Part shown: piece by piece, positions 11,658 to 25,200 of the stretch
How the letters are laid out: each line of letters opens with the position of its first letter
Numbering within the stretch: position 1 is the stretch's first letter
Assembly: GCA_964016885.1 (NCBI GenBank)
Contig: OZ024740.1
Location: 161,820,001 to 161,884,000 of the forward strand
Length of the DNA: 64,000 nucleotides
DNA from: Eledone cirrhosa
Taxonomy: Eukaryota
Direction of reading: 5' to 3'
The notes under the pieces: generated by a model
Databases searched by the model: none
Told to the model about the DNA's origin: nothing
What the model saw: the letters and a program-made list of their open reading frames with translations, nothing else
Position numbers and translations under genes: made by a program

Positions 11658-11723
11658 TTTTATCTGATGAGAACACAATTTTTGTTCCAGGATAATGTTG
11701 TTTTCGAAATGCGCATAATCAAA
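11658..11723 (+). ncRNA. Type I hammerhead ribozyme (family F)
   Basis: TTTTAT-CTGATGA-GAACAC...GTTTTC-GAAA-TGCGCA-TA-ATCAAA. Confidence 0.72.
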
Positions 11724-11762
11724 TATATGGAACTTTTTTAACCATCTTTTAATTTCTTCTTT

Positions 11763-11815
<53 letters not shown>

Positions 11816-11973
11816 CAAAAGGGATATTTAATTTGTTGGTAATTCAACAAATATATATGTTTATAACTGATTCGAAGCACTCGACATGTTTTCTGGAGTA
11901 TAATAATATGGTTTTCAATTTAGACGAAAGGCCATATATATATATATATATATGTATGTATATTTATATATAT

Positions 11974-12054
<81 letters not shown>

Positions 12055-12063
12055 TATATATAA

Positions 12064-12140
<77 letters not shown>

Positions 12141-12171
12141 AAGAATCAAAGAACTGTTCAAAACATTATTG

Positions 12172-12218
12172 TGCTTACAGCTGTTTCCTCCAAACCGAGG
12201 TTTGGATTCTTCGGAGCA
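12172..12218 (-). ncRNA. Type I hammerhead motif, U4C variant
   Basis: TGCT-CCGAAGA-A TCCAAAC CTCG GTTTGGA G-GAAA-CAGCTG-TA-AGCA. Confidence 0.7.
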
Positions 12219-13315
12219 ATTTATTAATGCATGGACAGATATATGACCTCCTTTTCAGCCGAGAGACATACCGATACATATTCAAACATTGTGGGTCAAC
12301 ATTCATTACAGAATTTAGAGTGGCAGTACACACTTCGAGATTACATTTATATTAAGAGGTACAATCAAAAATCAAAAATACAGGTTAAAATACAACAAGG
12401 AGATAAGCGGTTATATAGTGCAAATGTTATATGTGTGGCACGCATGTGCGTCTTGTTTATATAGTATGGCAGAGAGATATGTGTGGTAGAGGCACTTAGG
12501 TAGGTAAACAAGAGTGTTAGATTGGTAGATCTGGTGGCAAATTCTTTATATGATTGATATAGTCTGTGTGTGGAGAAATATTATAAGCATTAAAAATAGT
12601 GCAAGCATTAAAAGTGTTAAAAGTATTGGAGATGCACAGCAAAGGGATGTCAAGTATTTCATGTACTTCGGCATTTTCATGGTCAGGGGAGTGTATTTTT
12701 CGATTATATGCCCTTCACATAATCCACGACAATCCAGTTAGAGATCGTAGTCTGGTGTTCTTTAGTTCAATACAGGAGGCTGTTACGTTTCGAGAAACGC
12801 CATTGAATACCACCCGGAAGTGTGTGTGTGGCTAAGGGGAGTTAATGCATGCGGGGAGGTAACTCTGGGGTTTCTATACCTAGCTATTAAAATGTGTCCC
12901 AATATAGACCCTAATTTCTATGGTGATGCGCATCCTCCAAGAGAAATATTTAAAGCATAAAGTGTATTAACTATAGAGTAGTTTAATTAAGTTATGCTGA
13001 AGGTGATCATATTATTATGGTGGATTAACCCATCGTAAGGTGCCACAAATGGAAATTATAGATGATGAGCGAGGGTTCTAAATTAATGATCTCTGTGGTT
13101 GTAGTCTACTCATAGGACCAGGCGCGGTGATTGCAGGATTGCTTCAGGACCCAATCCTGCAATCACCGCGCAACGTATACCTTCCTGCCAGATGATTGAA
13201 CATGTGAAAGTATATACTTTCCTTATGCATATTAACGGCTGAGCAGCCTAATTTGCATATCGAGTGGGTTAATCGGCCGGGCTTTCACACATTCAATCAT
13301 CTGGCAGGAAGGTAT

Positions 13316-13358
13316 ACGTTGCTGACAATAGCTAATAAGCTTGAAACTAGTACAACGT
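13316..13358 (+). ncRNA. Hammerhead ribozyme (family E), G8A
   Basis: ACGTTG-CTGACAA-T AGCT AATA AGCT T-GAAA-CTAG-TA-CAACGT. Confidence 0.72.
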
Positions 13359-13743
13359 TCCTTTGTCAGTGTTGAACAAACGAGCAACGATGGTTGCTAG
13401 ACACTACGGCTTAATACGGGATGTTTGTTTACAAACACACCGAGCATTATAATAAATGTTCGGTGAATCCATACGTACATATATGTATGTGTGCATGTAT
13501 GTATATATATATACTTACTACTGTACGTCTGTATACATATACGTATGTACGCATTCATACTTATATTTAAGTAACAGCCGTACTAAGTGTGGGAAATGAA
13601 ATTTCGCTTCATTTTTTCCGTTTATCGTTTTCGGTGCACCCGGCCGATTAACCCACTCGATATGCAAATTAGGCTGCTCAGCCGTTAATATGCATAAGGA
13701 AAGTATATACTTTCACACGTTCAATCATCTGGCAGGAAGGTAT

Positions 13744-13786
13744 ACGTTGCTGACGATAGCTAATAAGCTTGAAACTAGTACAGCGT
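13744..13786 (+). ncRNA. Hammerhead ribozyme (family E), intact core
   Basis: ACGTTG-CTGACGA-T AGCT AATA AGCT T-GAAA-CTAG-TA-CAGCGT. Confidence 0.85.
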
Positions 13787-13985
13787 TCCTTTGTCAGTGT
13801 TGAACAAACGAGCAACGATGGTTGCTAGACACTACGGCTTAATACGGGATGTTTGTTTACAAACACACCGAGCATTATAATAAATGTTCGGTGAATCCAT
13901 ACGTACATATATATGTGTGCATGTATGTATATATATATACATACTACTGTACGTCTGTATACATATATGTATGTACGTATACATA

Positions 13986-14030
<45 letters not shown>

Positions 14031-14039
<9 letters not shown>

Positions 14040-14408
14040 TAAACGGAATAGAAAATGCTGACAAATTGTTCACAGTGAAAAATAGTTTAATTAGGAATAA
14101 GTGATAATTAGTAATAGTATTGGTTAGTATTAAGTTTGGTTTTAAGTTTTACCGGTTGCGCATTTCTAATGCTTTTCAAAAATAATTCTGAGATAGAGCG
14201 TCCGTGATGTTTGCTCTGATCAGAGCAAACATCACGGACGCTCTATCTCAAAATTATTTTTGAAAAGCATTAGAAATGCGCAACCGGTAAAACTTAAAAC
14301 CAAACTTAATACTAACCAATACTATTACTAATTCTCACTTATTCCTAATTAAACTATTTGTCACTGTGAACAATTTGTCAGCATTTTCTATTCCGTTTAC
14401 CAATATAT
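14031..14408. mobile_element. Spacerless palindrome centred at 14219/14220 with HHR-like motif on each arm
   Basis: ~189-bp arms, 3 mismatches seen; TTT-TTGAAAA-GCAT TAGAA ATGC-GCAA-CCGG-TA-AAA at 14257-14292 and mirror 14147-14182. Confidence 0.8.
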
Positions 14409-14438
14409 CATAACTTGTGTGTTACACCTCTATTCTTT

Positions 14439-14491
<53 letters not shown>

Positions 14492-14493
<2 letters not shown>

Positions 14494-15020
14494 AGGCATA
14501 TGGGCTTGCAATTGAAAGGTTGTGAGTTCAATTCTCAGACCGGGTGATGGGTTGTTTCCTTGGGGAAGACACTTTATTTCACATTGCTCCAGTTTACTCA
14601 GCTGTAGAAATGAGATGACAGGGAAAAGTGGACATAAAATGATGATGATGATGATGATATATATATATATATATCATCATCATCATCATCATCATTTTAC
14701 GTCCGTTTTTCCCTGCTTGCAAGGGTGGGACGGGAACTGATTCTGGCTTGATTTCTACAGCTGGATGCCCTTCCTAACACCAACCTCATTTACAGTGAGT
14801 GCTGGGTGCTTTTTTTCCGTGGCACCGACACGACCACTTTGCAGTGGAATGATAGGGATCCCAGTTCATATCATCTCATTTCAACAGCTGAGCAAACTGG
14901 AGCAATGTGAAATAGAGTGTCTTGCTCAAGGAAACAACACATCACCCGGTCTGAGAATTGAACTCACAACCTTTCGATTGCAAGGCCAATGCTCTAACCA
15001 CTAAGCCATGTGCCTCCATA
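14492..15020. mobile_element. Two tail-to-tail copies of tRNA-derived CORE-like SINE S2 with (ATG)n tails
   Basis: B-box GAGTTCAATTC, central CCTTGAGCAAGACACT, 3' GGACGTAAAATGATGATG; plus copy ~14492-14657, minus copy ~14675-15020. Confidence 0.75.
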
Positions 15021-15170
15021 TATATATATATATTAGAAAGTGAGGTTTTTTTTACAAAATGAAAAATAACCGAGGTGTCCTACACGAGTGAAAGTATAAA
15101 GAAAAAGAGATGAAATCGAAAATGCAACTGGAGTCTTATTTTTTTTTTAAATATATATATTTATTTGGTT

Positions 15171-15208
15171 CCTTTACCGGTTTCGCAGTTCTTCTGCTTT
15201 TCAAAAGG
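15171..15208 (-). ncRNA. Minimal hammerhead ribozyme with U3:A8 covariant core
   Basis: CCTT-TTGAAAA-GCAG AAGAA CTGC-GAAA-CCGG-TA-AAGG, then AAATAAA. Confidence 0.7.
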
Positions 15209-15239
15209 TGAGTTGAGATGGAGGGTCTGTGGTTTTTCT

Positions 15240-15277
<38 letters not shown>

Positions 15278-15284
<7 letters not shown>

Positions 15285-15666
15285 AGATCAAAAGATGGTT
15301 AAAGGAGTTCCATGTATTTTATTATGCGCATTTCAAAAACAAACATCATCATGCAATAATATTTGTGTTTTCATCAGATAAAACAGGAGAACATGATATG
15401 AAGGCTAAAAAACACTTGTGGATAGTGCAGTTTTAAATCCACAAGTGTTTTTTAGCCTTCATATCATGTTCTCCTGTTTTATCTGATGAAAACACAAATA
15501 TTATTGCATGATGATGTTTGTTTTTGAAATGCGCATAATAAAATACATGGAACTCCTTTAACCATCTTTTGATCTTATATTATGCATACTCCAGTCCTAC
15601 AAACTGTAGAGTGCTTCTTATCCGATATCTGCATTGCTTTATTGTACTACAATAAAACTCACCTCC

Positions 15667-15670
<4 letters not shown>
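15278..15670. mobile_element. Family F palindrome (arms ~15280-15423 / 15437-15580) with HHRs at 15317-15383 (-) and 15477-15543 (+)
   Basis: TTTTAT-CTGATGA-16-bp stem II-GAAA-TGCGCA-TA-ATAAAA; homologous to 11620-11770 and 30548-30885. Confidence 0.85.
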
Positions 15671-15721
<51 letters not shown>

Positions 15722-15734
15722 CTGTGGTTTTTCT

Positions 15735-15807
<73 letters not shown>

Positions 15808-15811
<4 letters not shown>

Positions 15812-15942
15812 TAAGATAAGCAGAACAAGTAAGATTCAACCAATTTTTCAAAATAAATTAAAAAATATGATATAAATATTTACCTCTTCTAATTTATTTT
15901 GAAAAATTGGTTGAATTTTACTTGTTCTGCTTATCTTAATAT
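15808..15942. repeat. Short fold-back, ~53-bp arms
   Basis: 15808-15860 is the reverse complement of 15890-15942 with one mismatch. Confidence 0.8.
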
Positions 15943-16115
15943 TAATGTTCTGGTATATCAAATTAATACCATTGAACAACCTTGAATCATAGACAACCTA
16001 TGTATTTCTAGGGGTACTTAGTATCTTTGGACATATTAACTTCATTCATATATATATATATATATATAAATATATGATGATGACAGGGAAAAGTGGACGT
16101 AAAATGATGATGATG

Positions 16116-16660
<545 letters not shown>

Positions 16661-16672
16661 CTTCTACATATA

Positions 16673-16738
<66 letters not shown>

Positions 16739-17344
16739 AGGTGAATCAGCAGAAGAGTCATTTGAATGTCGCATTAAATGCCTTGCGGTATTTGTTCCAG
16801 CTGTTTACGGTCTGAGTCCAAATCCTGACAAGGTCAACTGTGCTTTTCATTCTTTCGGGTATATAAATAATGACCCAAACCAGGGCTATGGATTTACGGA
16901 ATTTTTCATAGTATATGTGCGTTCTAGGTTCAAATACAGCCTCTAGTCACCGTAAAAAAAGGTAACATGATAAGACTGAGGACCGAATCATGAAAAACGC
17001 ACCTAAATCGTCTATGGGATGTCACGGTGGCAAATGTCTACGCAGCTGTGAGCCGTATCAAAGTGTTATATTATCGACACTAGAAGGCAAAACCAACGCT
17101 TGTGCGATTTAACTTAGAACGTATAGAATAGAAACTAAAAGCCAGAAGGCATTTTTTCGAGGCTCTACCGATTCTGTCAACCATCATCGTTTTATGTTGA
17201 TTAAACAATATATCTATTAAGATTATTTTGAAAGCAAATATTATATAAATTGTTTTATTGTAAGTCCTTTATATCAGATGCCTATCAGGATTGCTTACTC
17301 CTCTTTGTTTCATTTACCTCCTATTCTTTCAATCTCTTTTCCAA

Positions 17345-17345
<1 letters not shown>

Positions 17346-17400
<55 letters not shown>

Positions 17401-17523
17401 CATCTTCATTTCAATCTTCTTTGCTATTTATCTATCTATCTCTCTTTCTCTGTCGGCCTCTCTCTCTATCTCTCTCTCACTCTCTTTCTCTTTTTTCTCT
17501 CTTTCACTTTCTTTCTTTCTTTC

Positions 17524-17564
<41 letters not shown>

Positions 17565-17670
17565 ATCTATCTATCTATCTATTTATCTCACACCCTCTCA
17601 CTCTCTTTCTCTTTCTTTCTCTCTCTCTCACTCTCACTCTCTTTCTCTCTCTCTCACTCACTCACTGACT
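17346..17670. repeat. Compound (CT)n/(CTAT)n/(CTTT)n microsatellite
   Basis: Direct reading; (TA)n and (TG)n tracts are also scattered through the whole window. Confidence 0.95.
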
Positions 17671-18069
17671 CGTTTGATTCTTATCAATAAAACATTTCGT
17701 TTTAGCCTCTTTAATTGTCCATCCTACAGTCTTTCACCAAATTAACTTCCTTCTTCCGTTTAAACAGCCCTCCAATGCACGTACACATCTCAGCCCTCAA
17801 CCCACTAACAATTACTACGATGTAATATATTACTGAAGCTTATAAAAACATCTTGGAAGTTGTGTAAAACGAAAGCGTGACGTTAGAGAGGAAAAACATA
17901 AGCCATTAGTTTTACTACGTTTAGTACTTCAACAGGCAGATAAACTAGCCAATAAGCAGCCTCTTTGGTTGTATTTTGACCTGCTAGAAATAACCATGTT
18001 TCATATTGTGTAGCTTCAAAGGCTACGAACGGCTAATCCGAGCAGTACAGTAGCAGAGAATAGCTGGTC

Positions 18070-18301
18070 GCAGGGGCGGTGAAGCATTTCTGAATTGTGG
18101 GGCCAAATTTGGACAATTTAGTTGTAGTGATTAATTTAGCACTTTGCACTCTAAAATGGTCAGAAAACTTCGATATGCGATAAACATAACATGTACATAA
18201 ATTGTAGCGCATGTCCAAATAGATGTGTGTTTTTGGTAGTTTGGGGAGAAAATATAATTATTGGAGGGAGGCATGCCTTCTCCCCAGTTCCACTGTCACT
18301 G
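18070..18301 (+). mobile_element. Short non-autonomous DNA transposon (CAGGGGCGGT..ACTGTCACTG ends)
   Basis: Imperfect terminal inverted repeats; right part homologous to 26035-26170 and to 62673-62810 (minus). Confidence 0.55.
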
Positions 18302-18428
18302 TATATATATATATTTTTTACATTATGCTCTGTGCCCTTTCCTAAGGGGTTAATATATACGAACTCCTTCGCATTTGGTAAGAAACAGGTATTATACCCA
18401 ATTTATTCATCTCTTATATATATATGTG

Positions 18429-18460
<32 letters not shown>

Positions 18461-18469
18461 TATAAGGTG

Positions 18470-19065
18470 GTGGAACACTGGAAGGTAATATCCGTAGTGG
18501 TAGAGCACTCAGTCCAAAGGACGAGTTAGGTAGAAGTGGTTACACAACAGTTAGTTCACCATATCGAGAACAATTGTTTCACCTTAGCGGATCTTCAGCT
18601 CGGAATGGGCATGGTTATAGGAACAGGAAGGACAACCGTAAGAAACGCGCATGCGCAGAAACCCGGTCAATTCACACAGGCAATACTAGACTGCGTGCGA
18701 GAGGTGTAAGTTCTAAACTATTCTAAAGAGATTACGCAATAGTGATTGCCTAAACATGAGAAGTGAATTTTTCACACGTTGTCCACACGTCGCCAAACAC
18801 CTATTGCATAACTACAAGGCTCCGGACTGATTCTTTGTAATTTTATTTTCAACCTAAACACTTTTCGGACTTTCGCAGTTATCTCCCTTACACCTCTCGC
18901 ACGCAGTCTAGTATTGCCTGTGTGAAGTGACCGGGTTTCTGCGCATGCACGTTCGTACGGTTGTCCTTCCTGTTCCTATAACCGTGCCCATTCCGAGCTG
19001 AAGATCCGCTAAGGTGAAACAATTGTTCTCGGTATGGTGAACTAACTGTTGTGTAACCACTTCTA
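18470..19065. mobile_element. Fold-back module (arms 18531-18710 / 18887-19065) with HHRs at 18564-18603 (-) and 18993-19032 (+)
   Basis: CCGAG-CTGAAGA-T CC GCTAA GG T-GAAA-CAATTG-TT-CTCGG. Confidence 0.8.
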
Positions 19066-20399
19066 TATGTATACACTCACATTCATTTATTATGGCTATT
19101 GGTGAGATTTGTCTCACCTGTGCACTCACAGGAACATCAGTCTTATCTGATGACCTTGTGAGTACCCAGGTGAGACTCCTGGGTAATAAGGCTTAGCCAT
19201 AATAAATGAATATTTACACTCTACTTCGGTATTGAGTTTTCATTCTTATGTCCGTCAATAATTCATGTACCCTCGGGTCTTGAATAATCGTCCTCACCCA
19301 CCCACCCTATCCCCACCTATTAATTTGTCAGACCCCCTCCCGATTTTATTCCACCCCCACACTCCATCGCTTATTAAATTTTGCTAATCTATCTCTGCTG
19401 ATATTTTATTGTAAGTGATTCATATTGATACAGCAGCTGGAAAATTTAATAATGATTTTATTTATTTTACATTAAAAAACTTGACAAGGGCGGTGCCCCA
19501 GCATGGTCTCAGCCGGATGGCTGAAACAGGTAAAAGAATATGACAAATGAAGAACATTACACGAAATCCCATATTTACGAACGTAACTATACGATTACTG
19601 ATTTCCTGAGGCCCTCCAGCCATTATTGTCACCCCTCCTATTATTTGGGACCCTAGAGTGCCACCAAACTGTCCTCCTCTCTATGTCTAACACACAAAAC
19701 TCTCATTTAACACCCTTCTCTTTATCTGTTAAAAGCAAACTCTGCTCCTCTCTATATCTACCATGACACCGCCTCTCTTATCCCATTCTCTGTATCTCAG
19801 ACTAATACATTCTCTCTCTCTCTATATAAATATCTACACTTATCTCATCCAATCCCCTTCTGTATATCAATCACCCCTAAACTCTCACACTCTATAAATT
19901 CTCTCACCCAATTCATTACCCCCCCCCCCCCCTCAACATCAACCATACAACATACTCTCTCAATCCCCCGTCTCTATATCAAGTAACATCAAACTCTACC
20001 CCTCTATATATCTACTACGTAGAACTCTCTTCCAATCGCCCTTTCTATATCAATTCACACCAAACTCTCCAACCCTCTATATCTATTACACGGTACATTC
20101 TTCCATTCCCCTTCTTAATATCAATTAGCACTAAACTCTCCTCTTCTCTATATCTACTGGACGGAACTCTCTTCCAATACCCCTCTCTATATCAATTACC
20201 ACTTGATATAGACGTGATTTACTTTGCTCCGGATTTTTACGGATTGTTGTCAAAAAAAACTGTGAGTTTATTGATCAATTTAATAACATTGTTTGGTTTA
20301 GCCCCTTGTCTTGGCCGTCAGACGTTAAGTCAACAAATTTTCGCCCCTTTCTGGAGCGAAATTTTCAATTTTCATCTAAAAACTGTAGACTTGGTGGCA

Positions 20400-22293
20400 A
20401 TGGATGCCATTTCCACCTCGCACACTGTCGTGAGTGCCACGCCCACTAAGAAAAGTGGTGGAGGGAAGGTAGGAGTACAAAGCTTGCAGCCGTCCCCCCT
20501 CGTATCATCGAAAAACGTGGAAAATATCGAAACCGCGAAACCAAACCCGGTAAATAATACCAGCACCAACAACAAGAACAATGACAACAACACCACAACC
20601 AACAACTGCAACAATAGCAACACCAATATTACCAACAGTGACAGTAACACGAAAGACAACAACACCAAAACAACATTTGCACAGACCGTAAAAAAAAACG
20701 AACTATACACGCCAATAGACATAACAAATGCTAAACAACTATTACAAGACGCAAAACAATTCGTGACTTTTGGCGAAAACGGTGCTTTTAGCATCAATTC
20801 TCCACAGGAATTACGTAGAGAGGCTGTCCTGAAAACTGTGGTTTTCAGGACAATATCGAACGTAACAAGAAAACCAGCTCAATTATCAAAAATGAAATTG
20901 AGCTGGTTCTAAAAGACGCAATGAAGGACTTTAGCTTCATACAAAAAGGTAAACTGTTTGGTAGCATTTCGGTGCTGATGAACAACCAGTCAACAGCTCA
21001 AAAGTACTCGATAGCACCCATTGTGTCCCCCCACTTCACCTTTTTCCCCACATACAGGGGAAAAAGGACACAAAGAATAAAAATAATGAGTATCACACCA
21101 AATGTAAACATTTGGTGGATACTATGTGGAATAATAAACTTTAACGAAGACAAGATAATTTCAATAGGAAAGTCCTCCGGAGGTGTATTTGGTGGGACCA
21201 CCGTAGAAGTTCTGGTACAAATGAGCCCAGAACGAATAGCGAATATCCCACAACGCGTGCCTCTGGACGGGCTAACTTATATAAACATTTCAGTGGAGGG
21301 AAGGCGGCCGTCATGTTACCACTGCTTAAGCAGGGGTCACCTGAGGGCTGCCTGTCCTCAATTAACGAGTCAAAAAAAAAAGGCTCTTCTGCCAACCCCG
21401 AACACAACAACACAACCACCACCACCACCACCACAACAACAACATGGAAAAATAACAACACAAAACACTGTTCCACCCAACCCCTCCCCACCTAAAACAA
21501 ATACAAAAGCAACCACAACAAAACCCCAAAATATACCCCTCCCCAACAACACGGAAGAGGACTCCGTATCAACGTCACCCAGTGACGACGAGGGAGAACC
21601 CTTTCAACAGGTGAAAAGGAAAAAAAAAAAGGCACCACATTAACAAAAATGCCACAAACACACAACCACCAGCACAAACAGAACAAACACCACAAATAAA
21701 AAAAAACCACCCCTCCCCAAAACATAACACGTACTATAAAACGCAAACACCCGCAAGAACAACAAACAAAAACAAACACAACACAACAAAAACTCTATAC
21801 ATACATTAACAAGAACAATAAAACGTTGATGAAAGCGATAGAAAATAACCCTTCGGTGGAAACCGAAGGGATCACTTTCACCTACGCAGCGAACAAACCG
21901 CACCTAATGATGATTAGGGTCCCAACGGAAACCTATGTAACTTTGAAAAACAACCATCCAATGCATGTGGGGACCAACTGCACCAAACCACATAACAGCG
22001 TCCTATTGAGATGTTTCCCCACCCCCACACCAGACACCCACACCTCACCAAACACCCTAATCCCACCACACACTGATGTCCTCACCCCACCACAAACCAC
22101 CACCCCACCAAACAACCCTTCCAACACCCCCCATGGAAATTGTGCAGCCTGGTCTCCAGGAGACGAAGAGGTAAGTAATTTCCTTTCCTCTTCCTTTTTA
22201 CCTCTTCAGCACCAACATGGCCAATATAAGAGTTGGATGTGTGAATGCACGCGGCTTGGGGATGTCCTGGAAACAGGGCAAACTCTTAAATGA
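20400..22293 (+). pseudogene. Tx1 ORF1 (gag-like, zinc knuckle), frameshifted
   Basis: Pieces 20400-20912, 20921-21643 (CYHCLSRGHLRAAC), 21826-22293; shifts near 20885 and probably at the A-run near 21620; inclusion of the last piece is inferred. Confidence 0.75.
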
Positions 22294-25200
22294 CCTCAGG
22301 TCGCACAGAGTGGATGTAATGGTCATTTGCGAGTCCAGGATCAGCAGCGAGCGCCAACTGGCCCCCATCATCGACGACTTTGAGATCTACGCATCTCTCT
22401 GTCAGCCGAGGGGTGGGGGTGGGGTTGTCGTTCTGCTGCGAAAATACCTGGGTCTTGCCACACAGAAGGTACACCTGGACCCGGAGGGTCGACTGGTGGT
22501 TTTAGACGTCGGCAGTGGTGAAGGTGGAGCTTTCAGGCTGGTGGCAGCGTATGCTCCATCTGGGACACCGCGACCGGACTTCTTCCGACGCCTGGAGAAT
22601 TTCCTGGGAACGTCTCGCTCCTTGCTTTTAGTGGGGGACTGGAATGGTATCCTGGATGCACGTTGGGACTATGTAGGGGCATGTCCCGATAGAGGGGGGG
22701 GGGTGTAACAGCCTCAAACTATTAATCGGCCGATTTGATCTGGCCGATAGATATCGACTGGATTTTCCGACTGTGCCACGGTGGACGTGGAGTAATCGCA
22801 GCGGAACATCCAGGTCGTACCTAGATAGGTTCCTAGTTAGAAATAAGGATAGGGACATATTAAGCTGTCCACGAATGTTCATGGTTGACTATTCGGATCA
22901 CAAGTTGTTGACCGGAGTGGTCAACCTTGATAGAACTCATAGACAGGGACCCGGTTACTGGAAGCTAAACTTGTCTTTACCGACAAACAAAGCTTACAGT
23001 AAGCGGATTAGCACACTAGTTAAGCAGCGTTTGACGGAGGCAATTGTCAACAACAGGTGGTGGGGCTCTCTCAAGAGAGAAATTAGAATAGAATCGATAG
23101 GTTTTAGTCGGGAATTAGCATCAGATAGGAATAGAACTGAAAGGGAATTAACAAATAGAGTAGAAGAGGCGATTAGGAGTGGCAACGTGGCCGGCGTGCT
23201 GGCGTCAAGAACGGCCCTAGACCAGTTCTTTGATGCGAAGCACGAGGGCTGCGTTGTCAGGAGTAAAATACGTGCTATGGGTAACGAGGGAGCCAAAGCT
23301 GTTAGCTGGGCCCGAGTGACAGAGGCAAAAAGTGGAAACAAGTCCACGATTCGGTCTTTGAAGGACCAGGATGGACGCGTGATCCTTGAACCTGAGCGTA
23401 TGAGCGCGGCCTTTCAACGGCGCTTTGCACGACTGTTCGGGAGGGGCGGCGGGCCGGGTGGGGCCATGGATTTCGGTCAATACCTCGACGGTCTGGTGCG
23501 GCTCTCGGACGGGGAGGCGAAGTCCTGCGAGAGGCCGATTTCAGCCGCTGAAATAGGGGAAGCGCTGAGTCAATGCGGCAAACGCAAATCTCCGGGTCTC
23601 GATGGTCTACCATACGAACTTTATGTAGCGATGCCGGGCTTGTTCTCCGGTCTCCTCGAGGCGGTCTACTGCAACTGGCAACAGAACGGGAGAATTCCCA
23701 GTTCTGTGACCAAGGACGTAGTCACGCTGGTGAGGAAGGACGAGAACAAGGGGGATGACATAGATAACTTCAGGCCCATAACTCTGCCAAACACAGAGTT
23801 AAAGATTTTGGCCAAGGTGTTAGCGAAGAGGTTGGCGCTTGTCGTCGGGAACCTGGTGGGAGAAGCGCAGACATGCGCAATCCCGTCCAGGTCCATACAC
23901 GACAACCTCCACCTCATGCGATACATCGTAGAGAGGGTAGGGAACGAACCCGGCTTTGGTGGGGCCCTGATCAACTTGGATCAATCTAAAGCGTTCGATA
24001 GGGTTGACCATCGGTACCTGGATGCGGTGCTCGCGGCGGCAGGCTTCGGACCCGTTTTCAGAGGCTGGATTGCTGCAATGCACAGCAACAACACCTGCTC
24101 GAGGGTCAAGATGAACGGCTACCTCTCGGAGCCGTTCCAAATCACGCGATCCATTCGACAGGGATGCCCTCTCTCCTCCCTCCTGTATGTGCTGGCTCTC
24201 GAGCCACTACTGAGGAAGCTGGAGCTGTTGCAGGGCATCCTCTTGGAACCGGGATTGCGGAAAGCGGTGTCGGCCTACGCCGATGACGTGACAGTAATGG
24301 TGTCGTGCGCCTCGGAAATCGGGCAGATCGGCACCTTACTGGAGGAATATGAAAGGTTCACAGGAGCCAAGCTGAACCGGGACAAGTCCGTCGGTTTGCA
24401 ACTCGGGACGTGGAGGGGCAAAACGATGACCTCCGACGGCATCGTCGGACGCTGGACGGAGGGACCGGTGAAGCTGCTCGGGGTCTGGTTTGGACCGGAC
24501 CTCCAGGTGGAGAAAAACTGGGACGAGGTAACGGGCAAGGTGTTTGCACTCGCCCAGAAGTGGGCCGAGTGCAAACTATCCCTGAAAAGTCGAGCAGAGG
24601 TGGCGAACGCTTATATAGCGTCCGTCATCTACTACCGCTTGACCGTCGTGCCTTGCCCAGAGAAAACAGTCGCCAAAATGGAGCGCGCGCTCTTCCGATT
24701 TCTTTGGAAGAAGCGGGCTCCTTTGGTGAGAAGATCCATCTGCTGTCAACACCCTTCGAACGGAGGGCTGGGGATGCCGTGGCTGACGATGCGTAGACAC
24801 GCATTAAGGCTACGGCACCTCCAGGTATTCCTCACCGGTCAGCCGGTGTGGGCCCTGTTTGTGAGGCGAGCCTTTCCGAGACTCGTCTCACTCACCGAGC
24901 TGCAATCCTGGGTCAAGCAAAGACCGAGAAAAGTGGGCGACTGGCACATTGAATGTGCCCAGGCGCTCACGGCCCTCTGGCAAGCGGATCCGGCAATCAG
25001 TGGAGACTCAACCTCAACATCCTATAGAGGGTTGGTGCGCAGTAAGTGCGACGACGCTCTCGGAGAGGGCTCTGGGCATGGAGGAAGACGAGCTGGCCAG
25101 TCTGTTCGGTAGGACGTTTGGCCCGGGACCGATGGACAACTTCCAAAAATCCCTGGCTTGGCAATGTTACCGAGGAGCTCTACCCGTTCGGGACAAGCTC

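Larger units (their letters stand above)
13171..13990 (+). mobile_element. Family E non-coding HHR element: inverted 5' piece 13171-13281 plus ~1.65 tandem 428-nt units
   Basis: 13171-13281 is the reverse complement of 13638-13749; direct repeat offset 428; two HHRs; ATGCAAAT at 13662. Confidence 0.85.

Noticed and set aside
19080-19211. CTGATGA followed by a hairpin inside a small fold-back
   Set aside because: GAAA half is missing; at most a truncated relic
19660-20203. CRISPR-like periodicity here and at 62820-63878
   Set aside because: Degenerate tandem units without unique spacers, no cas genes, eukaryotic context
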